From positions 27,466,001 to 27,530,000 of the forward strand of contig OZ024750.1 in the NCBI GenBank assembly GCA_964016885.1: a stretch of DNA of 64,000 nt, read 5' to 3'. The notes beneath the pieces are model-generated. The model ran no database searches, was not told where the DNA came from, and saw only the letters and a program-made list of their open reading frames with translations. Source of the DNA: Eledone cirrhosa. Its lineage: Eukaryota. Position numbers and translations under genes: made by a program. Each line of letters starts with the position of its first letter. The first letter of the stretch is position 1. Shown here piece by piece: positions 1 through 13,110 of the stretch.

Positions 1-94
1 GTCGTTCCCCACCACCACCCCACTTTCAAGAGCGTGAAACTAATAAACCTTTGTTCGTACTGCCTCTCTGTCTTGTTCCCGTTCAATTTTTCAC
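1..94 (+). mobile_element. 3' end of a putative Penelope-like element terminal repeat, cut by the window edge
   Basis: Closely matches the reverse complement of 17361-17452, the segment just downstream of a hammerhead motif; contains AATAAA and ends in (TA)n. Confidence 0.6.
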
Positions 95-135
95 TATATA
101 TATATATATATATATATATAATTCTATATGTTGAT

Positions 136-200
<65 letters not shown>

Positions 201-207
<7 letters not shown>

Positions 208-305
208 TGAGATTCTACAGGACTAGAACTGTTTCATACTTTAGAAATCATCTGATGATTTCTAAAGTATGAAACAGTTCTAGTCCTGTAGAATCTCATC
301 TATAT
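201..305. mobile_element. Perfect palindrome of a family-A hammerhead-like PLE terminus inside (TA)n
   Basis: 52-bp arms (201-252 / 254-305) with a 1-nt spacer; contains CTGATGA-TTTCTAAAGTAT-GAAACAG; (TA)n on both sides. Confidence 0.7.
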
Positions 306-347
306 TAAAACTTATATATATATATATAGAAAGAGAGAGAGAGAGAG

Positions 348-458
<111 letters not shown>

Positions 459-462
459 TAAT

Positions 463-495
<33 letters not shown>

Positions 496-666
496 ATATA
501 TATAATGGTATGTAATCCACAAAAATGTATTTCTTAATATAAAATTCATACTTCGTCCGAGAAGGCTGCACTGAAGGACCTTAAAGGGCAGGGCGTGGTT
601 ATCTCACCTCTAATATGCACTCACTAAGAAGGGGAAATAAAGAGAAACCACGAACAATTGCGAAAG

Positions 667-667
<1 letters not shown>

Positions 668-697
<30 letters not shown>

Positions 698-829
698 TGT
701 ATGTATGTATGTATGTATGTACGTATGTACGTACGTATGTACGTATGTATGTATGTATGTATGTATGTATGTATGTATGTATGTATGTATGTATGTATGT
801 ATGTATGTATGTATGTATGTATGTATGTA
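668..829. repeat. (TATG)n microsatellite
   Basis: Direct reading. Confidence 0.95.
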
Positions 830-1049
830 CATTGAATGATTAAAGGGTGAACTGGTGTAGAAGATATAGAAGTGAGAACTGCAGATAGAGTAAAATGAGA
901 ATGTATTCAGTTGTAGATTCGATGTTAGCTAATTCCTGATTCCTAGTCTATCTACAAATTTATCTAAACATTTACTGAATATCTAAAGGCGGATTGATTC
1001 ACAAGCAAATACTGATTTGTATTCGTTGTCTCTTTTCTTCTTCAACAAT

Positions 1050-1430
1050 CGATACCTTCAGGCGACCCTGCTGTCACTCCTATACCACTACTGTCTTTCA
1101 CCGAAGGTCTTACCGTATTCTGTCTTTTAGTAACCCTCTTACCACACCATGTCTTTCATTACCGTCCAATGAACCTCTAACCATATCTTGCACCATTTGA
1201 ATCTTCCAGCGACCCTCCTACAACACCTTATCTCTCATTGCCATCCAACGACCCTCCCCTACCAGAGCTTCCTCCTCTTTACCTTCTAAAGACCTCCTGC
1301 AACACATTGTCCGTCTTTACTGTCCAACGACCCTCCTATCATATCTTCCTATTCTTTACTTTCTAACGACCCTCCTGCAGCACATTGTCCCTCATTACCT
1401 CCTAACAACCCTTCTGTCATAACTTTCTCT
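1050..1430 (+). repeat. Degenerate ~58-60 bp pyrimidine-rich tandem repeat
   Basis: Recurring CGACCCTCC/CAACCCTTC anchors and ACACATTGTCC motifs at roughly 60-bp spacing. Confidence 0.55.
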
Positions 1431-1512
1431 ACGTGAGTATATCACTGCTCCAACAATAACAGTATCCGCACCCCACTTTCTGAATACCTGACGTTGAGTC
1501 TCTCTCATCGAC

Positions 1513-1576
<64 letters not shown>

Positions 1577-2214
1577 TATATACACGTACATACATATAGG
1601 TATACAGACATACAGTAGTATGTATATATATATACATACATGCACATATATATATATGTACGTATGGATTCACCGAACATATATATATATTCAATGATGC
1701 AATGAAAGTAAGAAGAAAAGAATTATGCTCTTAAATATACTCCAATATAATCAACTATGTATGTACCATATAATTTATATCATGGACGGAGTATCTCAGA
1801 ATTATTGCTAATCTTCTAAAATACTGTCTCTTCTGGTATCTTTCTTTTGTTCTCTGCGAATTGTTCTTTTCGTCAGACAAAGCAAAAAGAAAACGATGTC
1901 CAAACACTAAAGTTACACCATGTCATAGTTATTCCTGTATATCAACCTAAATAAGACTATAAATCAGTGGTTCTTTTTTTTTATCCTTTTTTGGTTCTTT
2001 TTTTTTAATCCTTCTTTCGTTCTTTTTCTTTATCCTTTTGGGGTTCTTTTTTTCATCGCGGTACCCCATCACATTTTGAAATTCCATTCTGTGCCCATAG
2101 ACCTAGCACATAAGACAAAGGAAGTTTAATTATCAGGTTAAATTATCAGCTACTTAGCTGATAATTTTTAATTAATTAATTACTATGATAGTAGTAGTTA
2201 TCTTTAATTTGGTA

Positions 2215-2744
2215 TTTGTGTCAACCATTACCTATCATATGATCATTAGGTAATGAACGAAAGAATACGATCGTGAATACAAATGGCGGAGATGGGTTTC
2301 CTAATAAGGGTCTTTGAGGTAATGTTATACGATAGAGTGCGTAGCTCAGTGATGAGAGAGTCGCTCCAGGTAGAGCCGCTACTTCTCCGAATTGAGGACA
2401 TGTGGTTAGAATGTCTTAGGAAAGAAACACTGGACAGATTCTACGGGCAAAACCAACCGACAGAAGACTCAGGGGAAGATGGTTGGATAGCATCCATGAT
2501 GAGCTTGGTTGATCTCTTTTGGGGATCCAGCCGGATCAATTTGAGATGGTTGCTTCTGACAGGACCTGCTGGAAGGAGTGTTTGAGGACTCTTCCCCACC
2601 ACGACCCTTTCAGGGTCGGGAAGAAGAAGAAGAAGAAGAAGAAGAAGAAGAAGAAGAAGAAGAAGAAGAAGAAGAAGAAGAAGAAGAAGAAGAAGAAGAA
2701 GAAGAAGAAGAAGAAGAAGAAGAAGAAGAAGAAGAAGAAGAAGA
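2215..2744 (+). mobile_element. RTE-clade LINE 3' fragment with (GAA)n tail
   Basis: Translates MAEMGFLIRVFEVMLYDRVRSSVMRESLQVEPLLLRIE, typical of the RTE/Expander C-terminus after the RT domain; frameshifted; (GAA)n at about 2620-2744. Confidence 0.85.
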
Positions 2745-3288
2745 ACTATTATGATAAATAAATACAAGTCTTTTAAAATAACAGAAAATATCCAAATGAA
2801 AATCAACAAAGCACTGAAAGATGAGAAGTAAAAGGAAAAGGTTGTTGTACTTGACCTCCTCTTGCACTCCCAAAAACTGAATCTCGCTGCCCTTGGGTGT
2901 GTTGACATACAACCTTAAGAACCACTATCCTAAAAAATTGCGCATTCTCAGCTTAAATTGCACTCATTACTACATATTTCGTCTGTACTTGCATGATTAT
3001 TGACTGACGCCCCACATATCAAAAGCTAGTTTTCTATTGTTAGGGTTTGTGTGCAGTGAAGTGTTTTGAATTGAGTTAACAGAACCAGCTTAAATAATGC
3101 TTTTATTTATTTGCCAACGGGGCCAATCCATGCATACAAGATGTGATAGAGAAAGGGACTATAGGTCCTGTGGGGATGTACAAATATGTTGTTACATAAA
3201 CACAAATAGTGAGAACAAAAACGTCATACAATATACACGCATACTCACATACACACATAGAGAGATATGCATAAATAATATATATATA

Positions 3289-3370
<82 letters not shown>

Positions 3371-3373
<3 letters not shown>

Positions 3374-3480
3374 TAAGAATAAAGGAACAAAGAGTCAGTG
3401 TTGCATCATAACATATTTAATAAAATATTACATATGTTTCACTATCGATCAGCTCGTGGAACAACCTATTAATGATCGAG
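3371..3480 (-). mobile_element. Truncated hammerhead-family insert (3' half only)
   Basis: Minus strand CACGAGCTGATCGATAGT-GAAA-CATATG-TA-ATATT, homologous to the 25130 and 25771 motifs; microsatellites on both sides. Confidence 0.55.
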
Positions 3481-3482
3481 CC

Positions 3483-3613
<131 letters not shown>

Positions 3614-3780
3614 ATTTAAGTACACATCGGCTGAGTAGCTTCATTTGCATACCGAACGAGTTATGGCTGGCCTTGCCGAATATTAAAAAATAAAATAGAA
3701 TTAGAATTTATATATTTTCAACCGTTCAACAGACTGGCAGAGATATACAGTCCTGATGAAGAGTAATAACCCATACGTAC

Positions 3781-3835
<55 letters not shown>

Positions 3836-4313
3836 TAAGATGTATGGTAGGTCGTATGTGAATCGCGATGATCACGTCTGACTTACCAAATATGTGACGG
3901 TAGCTAGTTAAGCTCTATGCGTATACGCAGAGCAGAAATATTAGTGAAAAAGAACAAAGGAACTGTTATGACATGGTGGGACTTATCAAGGCATATAACA
4001 TGTGATTGCAAGATCATTGTTTACATCAACGTATCACTCAAGGCTAGCAGTTTGAAATTGTTGTATACATCAGCAACTCCGCTTGTATAGTTGTGGTCAA
4101 TATTCTAAGGGGGGCGCTTTTATATTAGTTGTCGGGGTCAGGGATTGAAGTTTAAAAATTAGACAAAAATATATAATTTACGCATCAACATTAAACTAAA
4201 AGACTTGGGGTCCCGTAGAAGCACCTTATATATATACTGTATATATATATGTGTGTGCGTGTGTGTGTGTGTGCATATGTGTGTGCTGTGTGTATGTACG
4301 TGTTCATACTTAC

Positions 4314-4356
<43 letters not shown>

Positions 4357-4648
4357 AATGAAAGTACACCATATTCGAAGTTCGAGTCGCAGCTAAGCCG
4401 ACGAATGCCTTCAGCAGTACAGCCAAGCACTCGACAAAGTATAGACCTCAGAGTAATAACATATATATATATATATATATATATATTGTTATACTTTGGA
4501 AGGGTCATGTTGCCAATAAGAAACACACGCACCAGTTGCTTTCACTTCAATTTATTATATATTTATAAATTTATAAATTTACAAATCTACAAACTTATAA
4601 ATTTCTGGTTGGTTGGTTGGTTCCACAACCAGATAGTTGTTTATATAT

Positions 4649-4693
4649 AGTCATAGTCCTTTCGTCACACACTCTGTGACCTCTTCAGTGACT
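4649..4693 (-). ncRNA. Minimal type I hammerhead ribozyme (PLE-type)
   Basis: Minus strand AGTCA-CTGAAGA-G-GTCAC-AGAGTGT-GTGAC-GAAA-GGAC-TA-TGACT: 5-bp stem I, 5-bp stem II, intact core, minimal stem III. Confidence 0.8.
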
Positions 4694-5171
4694 GGGGATT
4701 CCTTTCTTTGTTTCTGTGCCTTCAACACACGATTTCAGATAAAGAATCTTGCTAAACAAATTCAGAAACGAAATATATATATGTATATATATATATATTA
4801 GTTTCACCACATTTAGAATATTCATGTCCCCGAGGGAAGTCTTAGGGAGGCAGAAAAATGATGGGTCTTAGCAGGAGTTGCCATAACTTCGGAATTATGC
4901 TCGTGTGAAAGTTACAGACTATTTCACTGAAATAAGGAACAATTGTTATCCCCTAATAAGTTGATGATTGAAAGAGTGGGAGAAAAGAGGGAGAAAGAGA
5001 GAAAAAGAAAGATGAAAAGGGAGAGAAAAAAGAGAGAAATTGAGGGAGAAAAAGAGAGTGAGACAGAGAGAGAGAGAGAGAGAAATATATAATGGAAAAG
5101 TTATGGTATCGACTGATCATTGGGGAGCACTTGAATTGAATGGGTGTGTCAAAATTATGATAACATTGGTA

Positions 5172-5390
5172 GACGGCGCGTGGCATAGTGGTTAGAGAGT
5201 TGAGATTACAATTGTGTGGTCGTTAGTTTGATTCCTTGACTGGGTGACGCGTTCTGTCCTTGAGCGAGACTCTTTATTTCACGTTGCTAGTTTATTCAGC
5301 TGAATAAAATGAGCTGCGACGTCACTGGTGCCAAGCTGTATCAACCATCGTTTTTTCTTTGGACAACATCATATATAATGTGTACATAGT
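5172..5390 (+). mobile_element. tRNA-derived CORE-like SINE (family S2)
   Basis: A-box TGGCATAGTGG, degenerate B-box, then GTCCTTGAGC..TTTATTTCACGTTGC core. Confidence 0.7.
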
Positions 5391-5435
5391 GTGCTGTTCG
5401 TACATATACAGTGTATATATACTGTAAAGAATGTA

Positions 5436-5576
5436 CCGTATTTCCTGGCGTCGAAAAAATCTACCATGAGTCTTGGAGGCCGAAGGTTGTTTATTATTAT
5501 TTTTTTTCAAATGTTTGGTTGTCAAAATTAGGGTGCGACCTCGAGGACGAAACGTCTTCGGCACCAGGAAATACGG
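5436..5576. mobile_element. Tc1/mariner-superfamily (Tc2/pogo-like) MITE
   Basis: TIRs CCGTATTTCCTGGCGTCGAA / TTCGGCACCAGGAAATACGG with TA on both sides. Confidence 0.8.
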
Positions 5577-5589
5577 TATATATAGTGTT

Positions 5590-5982
5590 ACTCAAGGGCC
5601 ATCGCGTCTTTAAGTCAGATCCAGTTTACCTAGAGCTGGGGGCGGGGAATCCCTTCGGTCATGAATTACCATATGATTTGCACGAAGAAAGTTACCATCC
5701 GAGGCACAAGTCCGGGAAAGGTTGTTTGTGGAAGAGCATCAGTCGCCCATGTATACCAGCCTCCCCTCTTCAGGCCACCAATGATGTTCAAGGGAAAGGC
5801 AATGACCGATATAGCTTGACACCAGTGACACTGCAACTCATTTCTACAGCTGAGTAAACTGGGGCAACGTCAAATAAAGTGTGTTGTTCAAGGACACAAC
5901 GCATCACCAGGTCCGAGAATCAAACTCACAACCTTCCGTTTGCAATCCCAGTGCTCTAACCACTAAGCCATGCGTCTTCACA
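5590..5982 (-). mobile_element. Family S2 SINE with extended 3' body
   Basis: Minus strand GTGAAGACGCATGGCTTAGTGGTTAGAG head, GAGTTTGATTCT B-box-like motif, GTGTCCTTGAAC core. Confidence 0.75.
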
Positions 5983-6120
5983 TACCTAGAACTACATAAT
6001 TGTTTTGTATATCTGTACGAAACGAGGGTAACACCCAAGGTATTCACAAGGAGTAATTCCGAACTACCAGCGAGAGACTACAAGACTCCGCATACAGTCT
6101 TCTCGACAGTTCACTTCAGT

Positions 6121-6672
6121 TATTATTTATAGGCTTGTGGATTGGCAGTATCGGACGCCATGCTTTGTAGCATAGTGTTACGCCCTTTTACGGCCTGAGT
6201 TCAAATCCCGCTGAGGTTAACTTTGCCTTTCATCCTTACGGGGTCGATAAAATAAAGCATCAGTAATGTACTGGGGTCGATTTAATCGACTTAGCATAGA
6301 GTTAAACCCCTTTACGGCCTGAGTTCAAATCCCGCTGAGGTTAACTTTGCCTTTCATCCTTACGGGGTCGATAAAATAAAGCATAAGTAATGTACTGAGG
6401 TCGATTTAATCGACTTTCCACTCACCAAAATTACTGGCCTTGTGCCTATACTAGAAATAATTATTTATAGGCTTTTGGATTGGCGGTATCGGTAGAGGGT
6501 CGCACGCCATGCTTTGTAGCATAGAGTTACGCGCCGGTACAGTCTGAGCTCAAAACCCGCCGAGGTTAACTTTGCTTTTCATCCTTACGGGGTCGATAAA
6601 ATATAGTACGAGTAATGCATTGAGATAATTGCTGGCCTTGTACCAAAAGTAAAAACAATTATTTATAGGCTT
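6121..6672 (+). mobile_element. Three tandem copies of tRNA-derived SINE family S1 (Meta-domain-like core)
   Basis: TGGCAGTATCGG A-box, GAGTTCAAATCC B-box, CCTTTCATCCTTACGGGGTCGATAAAATAAAG core; TTATTTATAGGCTT recurs before, within and after the array. Confidence 0.9.
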
Positions 6673-7214
6673 TTCGCCTAGTCCATTTCTAGTTAGGCGG
6701 GGTTATTCAGGGTCTCCCCCCCCCCACCCACACACACAAGAATTATACAATGTGGGCCCCCTCGCAGTTCTAAAATAGTAAGGGGCAATGTGAGTGAGTC
6801 AGATTTGACAAATGCTTCTAGTTGTTAGCATATGAAAATATCATTGATAGTGGCGCGTATATTGTCGCACAACTCTGCTCCTAGATTAAGGGACATCGCC
6901 AGTGGCAGTGTGAAGTTGAGAATAACAACTTGTGGCTTCCAGGTAACAATAGGGGCCCTAAACATATCTGTTTTCTATCTTCTCCCATCCCCATATTCCT
7001 GCCCACTCTCAGCTTTATGTTTATCTTTCATATAATTGATATACCATTTCTCACTCCCTTTTTTTGCTTTTTCTCTTTCTTAATCCCTCTCGCTATACCT
7101 ACCTACATACATACATACACTCACACGGACATACGCACACACGCTAAGCAATATGAATGCATGAATGTACACATACACACATTCAGCTATATATATATAT
7201 ATATATATATATAG

Positions 7215-7779
7215 GGTGGCTGCCAACTCGTTTTCGAGTACGGCCACTACTTTATATCTATGTAGGAGAACCCCTACCGATGCGCTGAACGAGTGTGACT
7301 TTTAGTCCAGCCAGCGACTTGAAAACTCTGGTACAAACACTACACTTGTGACAATTATTGACACATAGTGCTGGGCCCATGGTACCATGTGACGACAAGT
7401 GCAGAGAGATCTCCAGATATAAAGCAATGCCTGTGCCGTGAAGCTTTTATAGTGAGCAAAGGCACTGCACAAAGCCAGTCCCACTCTCTTAACCAAGATA
7501 ATATTTACCAAAAAGAAGAACAAGTCAACATCATTGGATACCATCAGAGTTGCAGGTGTTATATCAGAGTTTTCCTTCTCCTAGAATTCTGCCTTGACAA
7601 AGGCTAAGGGGTCATCTCTCCCGGTGATTTCGGATGGCCATTGACTCTTAAGAGCTCCTTTGCCCTTTGACAGGTTGTGTTTTTAGTCCTGTAGGGTGTC
7701 CAAAGCCACCCTCCTCAACAAGAAACCTTGGTGGGGGTTGCCAGTTTAGTCGCCAACGACCCGACCATGAGACAGGTTG
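7215..7779 (-). mobile_element. Non-autonomous bipartite RTE (BovB-like) element
   Basis: Minus strand has the RTE 5'UTR-like CTAGGAGAAGGAAAACTCTGAT motif and a C2H2-coding 3' end with no EN/RT between; near-identical inverted copy at 13111-13517; (TA)n flanks. Confidence 0.7.
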
Positions 7780-7943
7780 ATATATCTATATCTATATATA
7801 TTTATATATATATATATATATATATATTACTATATATATATATATATATATATATAGATAGTTGTTACACAAGTTGTTATTCTCAACTTCACACTGCCAC
7901 TGGCGATGTCCGTTAATCTAGGAGCAGAGTTGTGCGACAATAT

Positions 7944-8040
<97 letters not shown>

Positions 8041-8134
8041 GTGTGTATATATAATATATACATATATATGTGTGTATGTATATATGTATATATTATTCAT
8101 ATATATATACATATATCGATACATATTATATACT

Positions 8135-8312
8135 ATTGGCAGTATCGGTAGAGGGTTGGACGCCATGCTTTCTAGCATAGTTACGTCCCTTTACAGTCTG
8201 AGTTCAAATCCCGCCGAGGTTAACTTTGCCTTTCATCCTTACGAGGTCGATAAAATAAAGTACCAGTAATGTACTGAGTAATTGCTGGCTTTGTGCCTAA
8301 AATAGAAACAAT
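8135..8312 (+). mobile_element. SINE S1
   Basis: A/B boxes and S1 core. Confidence 0.9.
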
Positions 8313-8313
8313 G

Positions 8314-8344
<31 letters not shown>

Positions 8345-8922
8345 TATCTTTATGTTATTTTATTTATATATTATATATATATATATATTATTCATAGATA
8401 TATATATGTGCGTATACATACATAATACGACATAGAGAGCCTAGAAAAACAAAACCACGGCGTCTATTTATCTCGATACCTGTCGTGAAAAGCGAATCAA
8501 CAATACAAATATGTGGTGTTGACTGAACACTTGGGAGTCACTATGACAACATTTGACAGAAACATGATACGGTCAACTAAAGAATAACATAGACAGCGTG
8601 GAGATGGAATTAGACAAACAGGCATGACAGCTTAGATGAGACCTGTCAGTGGAAGGAGCTAAAAATGGAGTCTTAGTTGGTTGGCGTTTCTGCTATGATG
8701 AAAGTCCCAGTATGGCTGGTGGTTGTGTTGGTGATGGTGGTTGTGGTGGTGGTGGTGGTGGTGATGGTGGTAGTGGTAGTAGATTAATGATGCCCCTGCT
8801 GATTATGACGTTTGGGAATATATATATATATTATATATATAAAGATATATATACTTATTCAAATAGAACTCACACCATTAAGTTCTTGTCTGAATATGTC
8901 ACTATCTATAAACCAATTTTTG

Positions 8923-8983
8923 TATTTTATCTGATCAGAACGCACCAAAATGTTGGTACCCTTGAAATATATTTAATAAAATA
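8923..8983 (+). ncRNA. Degenerate hammerhead (core CTGATCA), related to the 22786 motif
   Basis: TATTTTAT-CTGATCA...GAAA-TATATT-TA-ATAAAATA; downstream AATATGGTTTTATAAA..TTCCATTTATTAATAT is shared with the 22851-22890 segment. Confidence 0.55.
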
Positions 8984-9119
8984 AATATGGTTTTATAAAG
9001 ATAGCTTCCATTTATTAATATTATTGATATTATACTCCAGAAGAAAACACTGTTGAGTGCTTCTAACCTGTTATAAATCAAATTTGTTGAATAATCAACA
9101 AATTAAATAACTCATTGCT

Positions 9120-9179
<60 letters not shown>

Positions 9180-9244
9180 AATATATATATATATGTGTGT
9201 GTGTGTGTATATAGATGTAGTTCCTCAACAGTTAGTTCACCATT

Positions 9245-9287
9245 ACCGAGAACAATTGTTTCACCTTATTCGGATCATCAGTTCGAT
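9245..9287 (-). ncRNA. Minimal hammerhead-like motif
   Basis: Minus strand ATCGAA-CTGATGA-TCC-GAATAA-GGT-GAAA-CAATTG-TT-CTCGGT; palindromic stem III ACAATTGT; mismatches at the bases of stems I and II. Confidence 0.55.
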
Positions 9288-9669
9288 TTAAATGATATAC
9301 TGATATACATATATATTATTGAAAAGGAACTAAGTTATATTCATTACCTTCTAAAGAGAATTCTGGAATTGCTTGAACACAAGGATGTGTTCCTGTGAAA
9401 TAACCCCAATAGTTTTAAATGTGGCAAAGCTAACTGGTCAAATTTACAATGAAAGTTGAATGAATAATGTTTGCAATTATAAAGAAATTATGATGAAAAC
9501 AAAGCAGGTATATGTGACTTTTCTTCCACCATATTCTGTTCAAACACATCTTGAGATGTAAAGTATAGTATCAGTTTCCGAAACTTTGTTCATTCAAATA
9601 TAAGACAAAAATATATGTTTATAGCATTGAGATCTACTGTTGTAATTTATAAGGATTTATTACATACAT

Positions 9670-9850
9670 GTGAAGGTCTGTGGCTGAGTGATTAAAGAAT
9701 TAGATTCGCAATCGTGAGGTTGTGAGTTATGTCCTTGAGCAAGACACTTTATTTCTCGTTGTTCCTTCTGCTTGGATTTGCATCCGGTAGATAGTATTAG
9801 CAATTGGTAAGACCAATGAAAAAAATGTTTCCTCGGTCCGATTTTACGAG
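9670..9850 (+). mobile_element. SINE S2 variant with alternative 3' part
   Basis: GTGAAGG..TGGCTGAGTG head and GTCCTTGAGCAAGACACTTTATTTC core; tail shared with the 23360 and 41650 copies. Confidence 0.75.
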
Positions 9851-11024
9851 CTCCACCCCACTCGTTAAGCGAATGAGGTCTGGGATCTTGTCGATCAACT
9901 TTCTTATTACATATGGATTTCACTGGGAGATTCCATATTTGGTTTTAGAACCATTTTCAAATGATGCGGGAAAAGAAAGACAATTATAAAAATTAATGAA
10001 ATAAAAACACAACAAAGACTTGACGTTCAAAAATTTAAGAATGGCTTCTACCATTTCTGGTTATAGCACCAAATGAAAAACCTATATCTTGAATATGGTC
10101 TAGTGTGAAAAAAATGTCCTGATTGTATTTCTATCGTCAAGGAACGGGCATCGTCAGGAACGAGCATTCAGTGCAGTTGTTGTGTACCTTTTTACAAACA
10201 ATAGAAACTGACTATAAAGTGTGAAACGAGTCAAATTAAAGAATGTTAATTAATAATATTGAGCTGGGTGTTAAATAATTACTCTCATACACATAAGGTC
10301 CATATTTTATTTATTAATAAATTGAATAATTTTAGATAGTATTTTACAATAGTATTTAGATAGTATTTTACAATAATATTTAGTATTTTACAATAATATT
10401 TTTGGTTATAAAATAAACGCTTAAATGAAAAAGAAATTATTCAAATTTAAATTTAATTTCCAATGTGTCATTTTTGACCGACTTTTACACTAAAGAAATA
10501 TAACCTGTCCTAAAAATAAACAATGGTGAAAAACTCGTTTAGTTTATCTGTTAAACATTGATGTCGGTATTACAGTTTATGATGTTTATTGAGTGATCGT
10601 TTCACAAACATGGTAGCGTTAAATTTATATCTGCAATCCAATACTTCAAGGATGTTATCTTTGAAACCGTACACCAAAGCTACAAATGACCTTGGAGGGC
10701 CCTATACTATTCTGCATTCTTAGTTGTTAGTTAGGAAAGAGTATTTAATTAACAATAATACACAATTTATACATAGAAATATAGACAACAAAATGTTATT
10801 GTACAAGCTAGTCTTAATACAGATATCTACAAAATCTGGTCCATTAAGACACAAGACTAGCCAGTGCAATACCATTTAACTACCAACTGCTAAAATCAGG
10901 AAAATGTTGAATATTATTCACCAACGTTGAAAGGCATCCGCATAGAACTTGCAACCGACGAAAAATATGTAAGATGTTCTGACTGAATGTGTAGTAAAAT
11001 TACAATTTTCAGTTGAAAAATTCA

Positions 11025-11118
11025 ATAATTGTTTCTACTTTTGGCACAAGGCCAGCAATTATCCAGTGCATTACTGGTACTTTATTTTATCGACCCCGTA
11101 AGGATGAAAGGCAAAGTA
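11025..11118 (-). mobile_element. SINE S1 3' fragment
   Basis: Reverse complement of the S1 core and tail. Confidence 0.85.
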
Positions 11119-11789
11119 AAAATTCAATAATACTTACAGCAAATGTTTTAGTTTCTCTGTTATATGTGTACTTAAGATTCCTGCATTTCTCAAAAGAATT
11201 AATTACATAACTGCAGCAACTCCAACAAGCAATGGATATGGCTAATGTATTACAGACCCGGTTCAATGAAGGGAAGCTATACATGGTGGGATAAACATGT
11301 TAGTAATAGTAGTCAAATCTTCTTCAGACCACATGCTGCTGTCGTAAATAAGATGATGACATAGAGCGGGTTAGTTTGTAGAGAACGTTATTCATAATAA
11401 GTCCTGCCTTGATCACTTTGGCCTCGAGGTAAACCTCAGCTTATGCATAAATGTATACATGGTTCCATAACTCCTGGGGAATCGTAGAGACACATACAAC
11501 GTTTCTATCACATTTTAAAACCCGGTGGAGCCCAATCCTTTCCAAGTCTGAATACAGAATATTTCTTCCAGAGAAAAATAGAGAGAGAGAGTGTAAAAAT
11601 GGAAGTGAGAAAGAGATATAGAGGACGAATCGACTCCAGTACTTGACTGCTACTTTTTTTATCGACCTCGAATGAATGAAAGTTAATCTCAGTGGAATTT
11701 GCACTCAGAGATCAGAGAGCTGAAATGAGTACCAAAAATCATTCTATCCGACGTCCTAACGATTCTGCCAATTCACCACCTTAAAGATC

Positions 11790-11996
11790 AGCACAATCAT
11801 AGCATTTCGATTGAGTGCCCTTCACTATGTTATAGTACTGTAGCATAATCATGACATTTATTTAGGGCACTTTTCAATATGTTATTGTACTGTAACACAA
11901 TCATAGCATTTCTTTACGGTCCCCTTCACTATGTTATAATACTGTAGCACAATCATAGCATTTCTTTAGGGCACCCTTCACTATGTTATAGTACTA
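11790..11996 (+). repeat. ~52-bp minisatellite, 4 copies
   Basis: Unit GCACAATCATAGCATTTC..CCCTTCACTATGTTATAGTACTGTA. Confidence 0.85.
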
Positions 11997-12538
11997 TTTA
12001 TATCTAGATTTGTTTTAAATTGAAGCCGATTGAGAGGAATAATCCGTTTCACCCTTAGTTAAAGTTAACTAATTCTGACACGGATATGAAACGGTACTAA
12101 TCATATTTAAAGTATTAGAATTAATATAATTATATATTTAATATAGCTAATATAGTCAATTATAGCAGAATGAGTTTATTTAAAGATAGGAAACAAAACC
12201 CCACAAAATAGTGTAAGAAAACAAAGAAAATAAGAATTAATAAGAAATAATGAAAGTATAGAAAAAAGAAAGATAGAAAAAAAAAAGAAGGAAATAATAG
12301 AAAAATAAAGGAATTAAGAACGAAAAGAGAAGAAAAGAAAGGAGAACTCTGCATAGAATCTAACGGAAATAAAGGGTACAGCAGGTTAGAAATATGAAAC
12401 TTTGGAGAATAGTTAACATATGAATGTCATTAAATCGTCATTATATACGTCCAATAAACATTTATAAACATTTGCATAACTCCTATTTTGGTAAAGAATT
12501 ATACATAATATATCTTCAGCCATGCATACATAAAAATA

Positions 12539-12602
<64 letters not shown>

Positions 12603-12622
12603 GAAAAATTGAACAGGGACAG

Positions 12623-12682
<60 letters not shown>

Positions 12683-12759
12683 CAGATATTGAGTTAGAAA
12701 CTCAAAATGGTCTCATACAATTAAATAGCTCAAAGAAAGAAGTTTTTCTGAGCCGTGTA

Positions 12760-13087
<328 letters not shown>

Positions 13088-13110
13088 ATATATGTATGTA
13101 TGTATGTACA

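Noticed and set aside
3745-3780. Isolated CTGATGA matches (also about 14744, 26706, 40157, 55043)
   Set aside because: No correctly spaced GAAA with supporting stems.
9880-10250. piggyBac transposase remnant (DLVDQLSYY; Cys-rich end)
   Set aside because: Only short motif resemblance, and no TIR/TTAA pair could be established.
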